Shown one piece after another: positions 1 to 7,271 of a stretch of 62,394 nt of DNA. Each line of letters opens with the position of its first letter. Position 1 is the first letter of the stretch. Source of the stretch: a virus; the IMG/VR virus record IMGVR_UViG_3300003375_000002. One strand, written 5' to 3'. The position numbers were made by a program, and so were the translations under genes. Under the pieces are notes generated by a model that worked only from the letters and a program-made list of their open reading frames with translations, was not told the origin of the DNA and did no database searches.

Positions 1-130
1 AGCCGTCGCCGTAGCCGTAGCCGTAGCCGTCGCCGTTGCCGTAGCCGTAGCCGTTGCCGTAGCCGTAGCCGTTGCCGTAGCCGTCGCCGTTGCCGTAGCC
101 GTAGCCGTAGCCGTTGCCGTAGCCGTCGCC
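1..130. repeat. Tandem 6-nt coding repeat (units gccgta / gccgtc / gccgtt)
   Basis: Direct reading: uninterrupted hexanucleotide units from base 1 to about 130. The same repeat family occurs at 62262..62394. Confidence 0.95.
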
Positions 131-154
131 GACAGGCTTAAAATTTTCGCTCAT
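1..154 (-). CDS. Gly-X dipeptide-repeat protein, N-terminal part (runs off the window start; continues at 62394..62218 if circular)
   Basis: ATG at 154-152 overlaps the TGA of ORF 151..456 (ATGA). My translation is MSENFKPV followed by GDGYGNGYGYGYGNGDGYGN... Too short in-window to appear in the ORF track. Confidence 0.6.
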   Translation of the reverse strand, partial: MSENFKPVGDGYGNGYGYGYGNGDGYGNGYGYGNGYGYGNGDGYGYGYGDG

Positions 155-456
155 TTGATTCCCCAATCGTCAGAAACTTGAACTGCGAAAATCTCCGCTC
201 CAGCAGGAATATCGACATCTTCAACCGGGCGAAGATCTGCCTTGGCCTTCTTAGGATCTTCGATCATTCCCGCGAAACCGATACTCTCCCATTTGAAAAC
301 ATGAAGTGCACGAGAGAGCTTTATTCTGCCATTCTCCCGCGTGACGTCGCCAGCAAAAATCCATCCGCGATCGACGACGATCACTGCACGATTTCCATTG
401 CTCTTGACAGGAGCATATTCAACGCCATTGATTGTGATGATATTCGACATTTCCAT
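151..456 (-). CDS. Hypothetical early protein (101 aa)
   Basis: ORF track. GAGGAG Shine-Dalgarno upstream (a second ATG at 450 has better spacing). Stop overlaps the start of the repeat ORF. Confidence 0.7.
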   Translation of the reverse strand: MEMSNIITINGVEYAPVKSNGNRAVIVVDRGWIFAGDVTRENGRIKLSRALHVFKWESIGFAGMIEDPKKAKADLRPVEDVDIPAGAEIFAVQVSDDWGIK

Positions 457-463
457 TCTCCTC

Positions 464-505
464 TAAAAAAGATTCCGGCAGAGAACCTTCGCTCCCTGCC
501 GGAAT
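464..505 (-). terminator. Rho-independent terminator-like hairpin
   Basis: Perfect 10-bp stem attccggcag (472-481) / ctgccggaat (496-505). In minus sense it is followed by CTTTTTT (465-471). Confidence 0.55.
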
Positions 506-508
506 TTA

Positions 509-1327
509 TCACATGGCAGCAGTGTCGGAGTCAACTTCCGGCGCAGCGATGTCGCCCTTGATCTCGCCCTTCTTCAGGCTTTCGCGGAATGAAAGCGCAT
601 CACGATAAAGCGCTTCCCAACCTTCGAGTTCGGAGAGCTTCTTGCCGCGCTCGATCTTCCAGCCCATCCAGTCGCCTTCGGCGTTGCTTTCATCGGCGAC
701 GGAAATGTCATACACCCGATAAAACAACGGGGGCGTATAGCTGGTGCCGTCGGAGCGGACGACCTTTTCCGACGTCGCGAGCGTCAGCCACTTCCGCGAC
801 TTCTTGAGCTGGGTGGAGGCCATCGGTAGGAAGCATCGCCTTCCACCCGCAGACAGGTTGAGGCCGAAAAATTGGGCAGTCTCCTGCACCAGATTTCCGT
901 CTTTCGTAAAGGGCCGGTTCTTTTCGTCGCGGGTGCAAGCTTCAAGAATGTCAGCATTCTCGTGAACGGCCACAAGACCCTTGCCGGTGGAGCGCGGTGC
1001 CCATTCCAGCCATTGCTTGACGTAATGAACAGGCAGGAACAAAAGCGGCGGATCGAAAATCTCCTGAGTTCCGACATCGCAGATGTCTCCGATGCTGGCG
1101 CCAGCGATGTATTCGGGCTTTTTTGGTTGGACCTGAGGGCTCAGCGCCTGAAGGATCGTCAAACGAGGAATGATCAAATCGGTCGACTTGACATTCTCAA
1201 GGCCTGAACCGGCTTCAGCCTCGAAAACATCGAGGCTCGTGGCGAGGGCTGTGCTCTTGGGGGTGACGGTGGCGAGGGCCGGTTCGGTTTTCTCCGGCTC
1301 TTTCTTCACAGTTGGCGATTTGGCCAT
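509..1327 (-). CDS. Conserved phage early protein, function unknown (acidic C-terminal tail; possibly ssDNA-binding or recombination-associated)
   Basis: ORF track, 272 aa. First gene of the minus arm. C-terminus is EVDSDTAAM. No motif I can name with confidence. Confidence 0.65.
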   Translation of the reverse strand: MAKSPTVKKEPEKTEPALATVTPKSTALATSLDVFEAEAGSGLENVKSTDLIIPRLTILQALSPQVQPKKPEYIAGASIGDICDVGTQEIFDPPLLFLPVHYVKQWLEWAPRSTGKGLVAVHENADILEACTRDEKNRPFTKDGNLVQETAQFFGLNLSAGGRRCFLPMASTQLKKSRKWLTLATSEKVVRSDGTSYTPPLFYRVYDISVADESNAEGDWMGWKIERGKKLSELEGWEALYRDALSFRESLKKGEIKGDIAAPEVDSDTAAM

Positions 1328-1580
1328 ATTTACACTCCTTGCATGCTTGGGGTCCGACTACCGGAGATCCACTTTTGATGCGATTTGAAGCTTGCCTCGG
1401 ATTTTTATAAAAAGCGCGCTGATTTTTGTAAAATTTTCGAAAAAATTTTCAGCCATTGAAATCATTGATGAATTTCTGAACATTTTTCGCCAAACTGATG
1501 AAAAAGTTGTTTTCTTTTCTGATGAATTGGCGCATAATGCCTTTGTTGGTTCGAGGGAACCTTCTAGATTGGAGACTGAA
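1328..1580. promoter_or_regulatory. AT-rich divergent control region between the two transcription arms
   Basis: 253 nt non-coding, flanked by divergently oriented first genes. Contains the promoter-like site below and three TGATGAA motifs (1467, 1496, 1520). Confidence 0.6.
1404..1432 (-). promoter_or_regulatory. Sigma70-like promoter candidate for the minus arm
   Basis: Minus-sense TTTACA (1432-1427), exactly 17 nt, then TATAAA (1409-1404). Lies about 75 nt upstream of the ATG at 1327. Confidence 0.5.
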
Positions 1581-1859
1581 ATGAGCATCGAACTTAATTC
1601 GCTGGAACGCCGCACACGCGAGCTTTTCGAAAAAGCTGATAAGCCTTTCGGCGAGATGAATCACATCATGCTTTCAAAAGTTTTTGCCACGATGTGGGCG
1701 CACTCTCTTTCAATAAATCGGATAATTAAGATCGCCAAGGCAATTTACGACATTGATGGTCCGATCGATTTTGATCCTGCGCTCAAAAATCTTGTTAAGC
1801 AGAAAGTTCTGCGCACCAGAAAAGTGCAGAACGTCACCCTTTACGAAGTCAATTATTGA
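1581..1859 (+). CDS. Hypothetical protein (92 aa)
   Basis: In-frame ATG at 1581 preceded by GGAG. The ORF-track start at 1392 would lie in the AT-rich intergenic region. Confidence 0.6.
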   Translation: MSIELNSLERRTRELFEKADKPFGEMNHIMLSKVFATMWAHSLSINRIIKIAKAIYDIDGPIDFDPALKNLVKQKVLRTRKVQNVTLYEVNY

Positions 1860-1869
1860 GGAGCTCCGA

Positions 1870-2229
1870 ATGACTCGCATCAATCTCGTTCCGCCGGAAG
1901 AGCTCCACGACAAGCACCTGTTGGCCGAATACAGAGAACTGCCGCGCATCTTCCGACTGGCAAGGCGCGCGCCGGAGGCTCCTGAGGTTTACACGCTCGG
2001 GCGCGGGCATGTCATGTTTTTCTACGACAAGCTGGCATTCCTCGCGCAGCGTCAGCGCTCTCTGATCAATGAAATGATCCGGCGAGGCTTCCGGCCGCAA
2101 TTCACAAATATCGATGAATTGATGAATTCGTGCCCGGATGAATTCAAGGGCGATTACGTACCGACGCCTGCCGCCCTCGACCTCAACCGCGCGCGCATCC
2201 TCGCCCGTCAGCCTCAGGAGCGGAAATGA
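1870..2229 (+). CDS. denV: Pyrimidine-dimer DNA glycosylase (T4 endonuclease V family)
   Basis: [27 protein letters not shown]... and [15 protein letters not shown] closely match my memory of T4 DenV ([42 protein letters not shown]). Thr2, Arg3, Arg22, Glu23 and Arg26 are all present. Confidence 0.9.
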   Translation: [119 protein letters not shown]

Positions 2230-2636
2230 CCACTGTCAATTGCATTCCTCTCGAAGAGTTGACCGATCGTCAGCTCAAAGCCGAATATTACGAAATCCAG
2301 CGGGTTTTCAAATGGGTCAACGCGAGCCTGAAAAACGGCAAGCCGATGAAAATTCCTGAGACCTACAGTTTCGGCCCCGGTCATGCGAAATTTTTCTACG
2401 ACAAACTGCAATATTGTGCTGACAGGCTGATCGAAATAATCGACGAGCTGAAATTCAGAAAAATGCGCGTTCAACCGCTCGAACGATTGCCGACTGGCAT
2501 CCCGAAAAGGTTTTTCGGCCGATGGCAACCGACGTCCGCCGATCAGGAGCTGAACCGCGAATGGCTGGCCCGGCGCGCAGCTCTCCAGCCGGAGAAGCCC
2601 AAAAGGCCAGTTTTGACTCCCCGAAACTGGGACTGA
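2226..2636 (+). CDS. Divergent second endonuclease V-like paralogue
   Basis: MTTVNCIPLEELTDRQLKAEYYEIQRV and GPGHAKFFYDKLQY keep Thr2, Glu23 and Arg26 but replace Arg3 and Arg22. ATGA overlap with denV. Confidence 0.8.
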   Translation: MTTVNCIPLEELTDRQLKAEYYEIQRVFKWVNASLKNGKPMKIPETYSFGPGHAKFFYDKLQYCADRLIEIIDELKFRKMRVQPLERLPTGIPKRFFGRWQPTSADQELNREWLARRAALQPEKPKRPVLTPRNWD

Positions 2637-2643
2637 TAAAAAT

Positions 2644-2679
2644 AATTCGTCCTATTGGACGAATTTTGTTTTCTTTTTC
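2644..2679 (+). terminator. Rho-independent terminator
   Basis: Stem aattcgtcc (2644-2652) / ggacgaatt (2657-2665), loop tatt, followed by ttgttttctttttc. Confidence 0.7.
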
Positions 2680-2739
2680 TAAAAAATCAGGCATAACTCT
2701 TTTATCGGTCAACGGGACCGATCAGACAGGAGACACGAG

Positions 2740-3306
2740 ATGAAGATTTACGCTTTCGACTTCAAAAACCTCACCATCACCGCTTATCCCACGGTCGCCG
2801 ATGCTCAGGCTGCCGGCAACGGACGCACCCTCGCCGCGAATGCCGACGACCTTATGAAGGCGCTGGTTTCGGGAGATCAGATGGTCAATCTCTACAACAA
2901 TTACGTCCCCGATTTCCCCATCAAGAAGTTCGAGACCAAGCTCAAGGGCGCCGAGCGCCTGATCCTTCTCGCTCAGTCGAAGGCGACTGAGGGGAAAACC
3001 GCCCCCAAGGAGGCTGAACCAGTGGCAAGCAAGACCAATCCTGAGTCTGTCAAGAAGTCCCCGACCAAGAAGGCCGAAGGCGAAGGCAAGCGCGGTCGCA
3101 CTTCCGAATTCGTCGGCAAGCGCATTTTCCCTGTCGAAGGGCTGGAGGGCAATCCCCGGCGCGAGGGAACTGGCGGATACAATTCGATGAGCATCATCAT
3201 CTCGGCCGGCAAGCGCGGCATCACCTTTGAGAATTTCATCGAAAAGGGTGGACGCGCGGTCGATCTGCGCTGGGACCTCGCCCACGGCAGCGTCATCGTC
3301 GAGTGA
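2740..3306 (+). CDS. Hypothetical protein (188 aa) with a Lys-rich central linker
   Basis: ORF track. AGGAG-type Shine-Dalgarno (caggagacacgagATG). Confidence 0.7.
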   Translation: MKIYAFDFKNLTITAYPTVADAQAAGNGRTLAANADDLMKALVSGDQMVNLYNNYVPDFPIKKFETKLKGAERLILLAQSKATEGKTAPKEAEPVASKTNPESVKKSPTKKAEGEGKRGRTSEFVGKRIFPVEGLEGNPRREGTGGYNSMSIIISAGKRGITFENFIEKGGRAVDLRWDLAHGSVIVE

Positions 3307-3317
3307 TGCAACAGCTT

Positions 3318-3338
3318 GGGGCCGGAATTTCCGGCCCC
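3318..3338 (+). terminator. GC-rich hairpin without U-tract (possible terminator or RNA stabiliser)
   Basis: ggggccggaa t ttccggcccc, a near-perfect palindrome 12 nt after the stop at 3306. Confidence 0.35.
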
Positions 3339-3376
3339 AGTCCGATGCACCATCCGCATCAAGATAGGAGATTCAA

Positions 3377-4042
3377 ATGGAAGAGAAAATCGAAATCAAA
3401 AAGCGCCTTACCGGCGAGGTAATTTTTTCCGCCAGCATTGATTGCGAACCCGGCGCGCTGCCATCTGTTAAATTAGGTTTGGCCGTTATGTTGGCTATTA
3501 AAAGCCGCGCGTACCTCAGCCGCGCGGACCTCAGTGGCGCGGACCTCAGTGGCGCGGACCTCAGTGGCGCGGACCTCAGCCGCGCGGACCTCAGTGGCGC
3601 GAACTTCAGTGGCGCGAACCTCAGTGGCGCGAACCTCAGCCGCGCGGACCTCAGTGGCGCGAACTTCAGTGGCGCGAACCTCAGTGGCGCGAACCTCAGT
3701 GGCGCGGACCTCAGTGGCGCGGACCTCAGCCGCGCGTACCTCAACGGCGCGAACCTCAGCGGCGCGGACCTCAGCCGCGCGAACCTCAGCCGCGCGAACC
3801 TCAGCCGCGCGAACCTCAGCAGCGCGAACCTCGTTGATGGTGGTCAAAGATCAGACGGTTATCGTTTTATTGGGTGGGTGAAAGATTCAATCCTTCAAAT
3901 TCTCGCAGGTTGTCGCGATTTTTCAATTATTGAAGCGCGCGCGCATTGGCTTGCCACGCGCGGGGGGACGCCGCTTGGCGATGAAACGATCTGTATTCTA
4001 GATCACATCGAAGCTGTTGCAAAGATTCGCAAACTTATCTGA
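3377..4042 (+). CDS. Pentapeptide-repeat protein with a conserved C-terminal domain
   Basis: About 22 consecutive A(D/N)(L/F)S(G/R) pentapeptides. The C-terminal ~65 aa is shared with ORF 10107..10820. Confidence 0.9.
   Translation: MEEKIEIKKRLTGEVIFSASIDCEPGALPSVKLGLAVMLAIKSRAYLSRADLSGADLSGADLSGADLSRADLSGANFSGANLSGANLSRADLSGANFSGANLSGANLSGADLSGADLSRAYLNGANLSGADLSRANLSRANLSRANLSSANLVDGGQRSDGYRFIGWVKDSILQILAGCRDFSIIEARAHWLATRGGTPLGDETICILDHIEAVAKIRKLI
3505..3832 (+). repeat. Tandem 15-nt coding repeat (pentapeptide array)
   Basis: Near-identical units such as gcgcggacctcagtg / gcgcgaacctcagtg, read directly. Confidence 0.95.
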
Positions 4043-4097
4043 AATAAATCGTCCTATCGATGATGTAATTTAAAATCCAAACGAAAAGGAACATAAA

Positions 4098-5057
4098 ATG
4101 TCGCACGAAGTTGAAACAATGGCCTACGCCAACGCAGTACCATGGCATGGTTTGGGCAACAAGGTCGACCCAAAAACGACCGTCGACGAAATGCTCGTCG
4201 CTGCTGGTCTTGATTGGCAGGTCAAGCTGCGTCCCCTTTTCGCCCAGACGGAAAACGGCGAAATGATCAAGCTGCCATTGCGGCGGGCGCTGGTCCGCAG
4301 TTCCGACAACAAGATCATGTCCGTCACTGGCGACATCTGGAAACCCTTCCAGAACAAGGACGCCATGGAATTCTTCCGCGACTACACTGAGGCCGGTGGC
4401 GCGCGGCTGGAGACAGCCGGCAGCCTTCATGGCGGAAAGTTGATCTGGGCTCTCGCCTCGATCAACGAGGGCTTTACCGTCAAGCGCACCGACCACACAA
4501 AAGGCTACATTCTGCTGACGTCGCCCCATGAAGTCGGCAAGGCCATCACTGTCCGCACCACGACAGTGCGCGTGGTCTGTGCCAACACGATGGCTATGGC
4601 CGTCAATGGATCTCAGGCGTCTTATTCGCAGAACCACCTGACGAAGTTCAACGCTGCCGCTGCCAAGGAGACCATCGTCCTCGCTCGCGCCCAAGTGCAT
4701 CAGGCGCACATCGATGCTCAGGCTCTGACTCAGCTGCAGCTAAGCGAATTCGACACTGTGCGTTTTCTGGCGCGCTTTTTTCAGCCTGCTCCTGAAGGCG
4801 TCAAGGAGGACGCCCATGCCGAAACCCTCCTCAATGTCCACAACGAGCGCTCCAAGGTCTTCGATGCCATTCTGAAGAGCGTCAACGATGCGCCGGGTGC
4901 CGATCCGGGCACAGGCTGGGGTGTGCTGAATGGCGTCACCCATTGGGCCGACCATGTCGCTGGCAACCAGTCTGCCGCCCGGCTCTACAACGCATGGCTG
5001 GGTGAGCGTGCCGCGACAAAGCTCAAGGTTCGAGATGCCTTGCTCCAGATGGTTTAA
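4098..5057 (+). CDS. DUF932-family phage/plasmid protein
   Basis: N-terminal MAYANAVPWHGLGN and later VVCANT motifs. Length and pattern match my memory of DUF932 (TIGR03299-like). Confidence 0.75.
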   Translation: MSHEVETMAYANAVPWHGLGNKVDPKTTVDEMLVAAGLDWQVKLRPLFAQTENGEMIKLPLRRALVRSSDNKIMSVTGDIWKPFQNKDAMEFFRDYTEAGGARLETAGSLHGGKLIWALASINEGFTVKRTDHTKGYILLTSPHEVGKAITVRTTTVRVVCANTMAMAVNGSQASYSQNHLTKFNAAAAKETIVLARAQVHQAHIDAQALTQLQLSEFDTVRFLARFFQPAPEGVKEDAHAETLLNVHNERSKVFDAILKSVNDAPGADPGTGWGVLNGVTHWADHVAGNQSAARLYNAWLGERAATKLKVRDALLQMV

Positions 5058-5073
5058 ACCTAAGCAATTGAAA

Positions 5074-5097
5074 GGCCGGAGAAATCCGGCCTTTTTC
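5074..5097 (+). terminator. Rho-independent terminator
   Basis: ggccgga gaaa tccggcc followed by ttttt. Confidence 0.8.
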
Positions 5098-5116
5098 CTG
5101 TTTTCAAAATCTCGGT

Positions 5117-5218
5117 TCCGTTTCCATTCTATAGGCATTTCTCACCTCTACAGACGACAACACAGAGAAAAAGAATTTTATATAGAGAAGGAAAACTGGG
5201 GTTAAGAATGGAAACGGA
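5117..5218 (+). promoter_or_regulatory. Conserved ~100-nt element, copy A (leader of the helicase gene)
   Basis: Gapless alignment to the reverse complement of 51452..51553 with a 26-nt identical core (5139-5164). Closed by the inverted repeat tccgtttccattct / agaatggaaacgga. Confidence 0.7.
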
Positions 5219-5248
5219 TCCAGCCGATGCAGCCCTGTTGAGGAGCCG

Positions 5249-6946
5249 ATGAACATCAAGATTGAGGGCAATCGCTGCCGAACGACCAGCGCTTACAATG
5301 TGAGGGTGCTGCGCGCATTGCCGAAACTCGAAGGGATGAAGCGCTGGGGCGCGGAGCGGACGCTCTCGTTCGAAAATACGCCTTACAATCTCGAAATTTG
5401 GCGCCAGACGTTCCCTGAGGCGACGATTGAGGGCGGAATGCCGATCGCGCCAACAGGCGTGGTCGCTGACGCCCTTTTCGACCTCAAGGGCGACCGCCCT
5501 AGGTTCGCCTACAGAACCCAGCCTAGAGCCCATCAGAGGGCCGCGCTTGAAAAGCTAGCTGGGAAACCGGCTGTCGGCCTTTTCATGGACATTGGCACCG
5601 GGAAAAGCTGGACAGCGATCGCGATGATCGGGATGCGCTGGTGCGCTGGTCAGTCCGAACACGTCCTGTTGATCGCCAAGAACGGAGTGCACCAGCAATG
5701 GGTGAGTGAACAGATCCCTCAACACATCAGTCCTGTTGTCCCTTGGAAGGCTTGGGTTTGGAAAGAGGGCAAGACTGCCGCAGCGAAATTTGAAACAATG
5801 CTCAAATTCGATGGCCTAAAGATTTTCGCCATCAACATCGACGCCATCAGAACGAAAAAGGCCGAAGCTTCCATCCTACGATTCCTTCAGGCGGCCAATG
5901 GAACTGCCACAATTATCGAGGACGAAAGTCAGGACATCAAAAATCTCTCGTCCGAGCGCACCAAGGCAGCCATAAAATTTCGCAAATTGTGCAAATATGC
6001 AATGATCATGACTGGCACCCCAATAGCCAAGGATCTTGTCGACCTTTTCAGCCAGTTCGCATTCCTCGACGAAAGTATCATTGGTCATCGATATATGACC
6101 ACATTCAAGAATCAATATTGTGTTTTGCAACCGAACCCATTCAGCCCCAAGCCCAAAGTCGTCGGCCACAAGAATGTTGAAGAGTTGTACAAGCGGATTG
6201 ATCCTTACATTTTCCGAATAACGACCGAAGAGGCTCTCGATCTGCCGCCCAAGGTTTTCATTTCCAGGCCATTCGTGTTGAGTGCCGAACAGATCAAAAT
6301 AATGAAGGACCTCAAGGAGCAATTTTTCTCCGATTTCGGAAATGACGACGCTGCATCAGTCAGAAACGCTGCATCCCTTTTGACCAAACTGCAGCAGGTC
6401 AGCTGCGGTTTTCTGCCGATGGATGATGGATCATTCCGCGAGTTGCCAAATCCTCGCCTCGACGAATTGATGACGATACTCGAACAGCGTGAGGGCAAGG
6501 CGATTGTCTGGTGCCGGTTCAATCGTGACATAATTAATGTCAAGAATGCATTGAACAAGATAGAGCCGGAAAGCGCAGTCGATTATTACGGCAAAACGAG
6601 TGCCGCGATGCGCGCCGAAAACAAAGACAATTTCCTCGATTCAAAATCCGGCGTCCGCTATCTCGTCGCTTCGCCAGAGGCTGCCGGCACCGGCCTCAAC
6701 CTGCAAGGCATCTGCCGGACGAATGTCTATTATTCCAACAGCTTCAATTCGCTCGCCCGTTGGCAGAGTGAGGGGCGCACATGGCGCGATGGAACCACTG
6801 GCACCGTCACCTATTTTGATCTGGTGGCGCGGAAAAGTCCAGACGCCAAAATCTTGGCCAATCTGCGAGCCAAGAAAGATATCAGCACTCTGACATTGGA
6901 CGACTATCGCAAGCTCCTGCTCATGGAGGAAGAAGATGAGATTTAG
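5249..6946 (+). CDS. SNF2/DEAD-like superfamily-2 helicase
   Basis: Walker A DIGTGKSWTA, DExx box IIEDESQD, MTGTP, AAGTGLNLQ, and motif VI QSEGRTWRDG. Confidence 0.85.
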   Translation: MNIKIEGNRCRTTSAYNVRVLRALPKLEGMKRWGAERTLSFENTPYNLEIWRQTFPEATIEGGMPIAPTGVVADALFDLKGDRPRFAYRTQPRAHQRAALEKLAGKPAVGLFMDIGTGKSWTAIAMIGMRWCAGQSEHVLLIAKNGVHQQWVSEQIPQHISPVVPWKAWVWKEGKTAAAKFETMLKFDGLKIFAINIDAIRTKKAEASILRFLQAANGTATIIEDESQDIKNLSSERTKAAIKFRKLCKYAMIMTGTPIAKDLVDLFSQFAFLDESIIGHRYMTTFKNQYCVLQPNPFSPKPKVVGHKNVEELYKRIDPYIFRITTEEALDLPPKVFISRPFVLSAEQIKIMKDLKEQFFSDFGNDDAASVRNAASLLTKLQQVSCGFLPMDDGSFRELPNPRLDELMTILEQREGKAIVWCRFNRDIINVKNALNKIEPESAVDYYGKTSAAMRAENKDNFLDSKSGVRYLVASPEAAGTGLNLQGICRTNVYYSNSFNSLARWQSEGRTWRDGTTGTVTYFDLVARKSPDAKILANLRAKKDISTLTLDDYRKLLLMEEEDEI

Positions 6947-7193
6947 CCGTCGCGAAAGGACATTGATCAAAAGGCTGCAAGTTCTTGAAGGAGATTATTT
7001 CACATTCGAGAAATTGACTGTCAATTGCGAGAACAAAAGGCGCGCCAAATATTTTCGTCAATCACTGCTAATCGGGATACGCAAACTGATGAAAAAGCTC
7101 GACGCAATGGGCATTGAGTTCAAGCGCGTCACCCCAATCGGCCGTGGACATCGCAGCCTTTTCCGGGTAAGTGATAAAATTCACGAAATATAA
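6936..7193 (+). CDS. Hypothetical small basic protein (85 aa)
   Basis: ORF track. 11-nt overlap with the helicase stop. Confidence 0.55.
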   Translation: MRFSRRERTLIKRLQVLEGDYFTFEKLTVNCENKRRAKYFRQSLLIGIRKLMKKLDAMGIEFKRVTPIGRGHRSLFRVSDKIHEI

Positions 7194-7271
7194 AATAACA
7201 GTTTTCTAAGAGGCAAAAACCGGGCAGAATAAAAATTCCTTCGGGACAGATTTTAGATTTGGAGACATCAA

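Noticed and set aside
2647-2655. Shared TCGTCCTAT 9-mer just after the stop codons at 2636 and 4042 (second copy at 4048..4056) as a common regulatory site
   Set aside because: A single 9-mer match between two sites is expected many times by chance in 62 kb. At 2647 it is simply part of a terminator stem. There is no further similarity.
2722-3285. 187-aa minus-strand ORF opposite ORF 2740..3306
   Set aside because: The plus-strand ORF has a proper AGGAG site, follows a terminator, and fits the plus-arm orientation. The minus ORF has no start context and an Ala/Leu/Gly/Arg-rich shadow-frame composition.
3505-3832. Possibility that the regular arrays (3505..3832, 10259..10582, 1..130 and 62262..62394) are CRISPR arrays
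   Set aside because: The units are 15, 18 and 6 nt with no intervening unique spacers. All are in frame within ORFs. These are coding tandem repeats, not repeat-spacer arrays.
3373-3881. ORFs 3373..3744(-), 3473..3847(-) and 3534..3881(+) overlapping the pentapeptide array
   Set aside because: They are alternative-frame or antisense readings of a 15-nt tandem repeat (monotonous LRSAP / EVRA / ARTSV strings). They have no non-repetitive termini and no Shine-Dalgarno context. Only the 3377..4042 frame has unique N- and C-terminal domains.
4930-5205. Small conserved peptide (HLYRRQH.EKE.Y.EK) encoded in both copies of the 100-nt element (ORFs 4930..5205 and 51417..51599)
   Set aside because: The differences between the copies fall mostly on first and second codon positions, so there is no synonymous bias. 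One ORF is just the read-through tail of a longer spurious frame. Conservation is better explained at the nucleotide or structure level.
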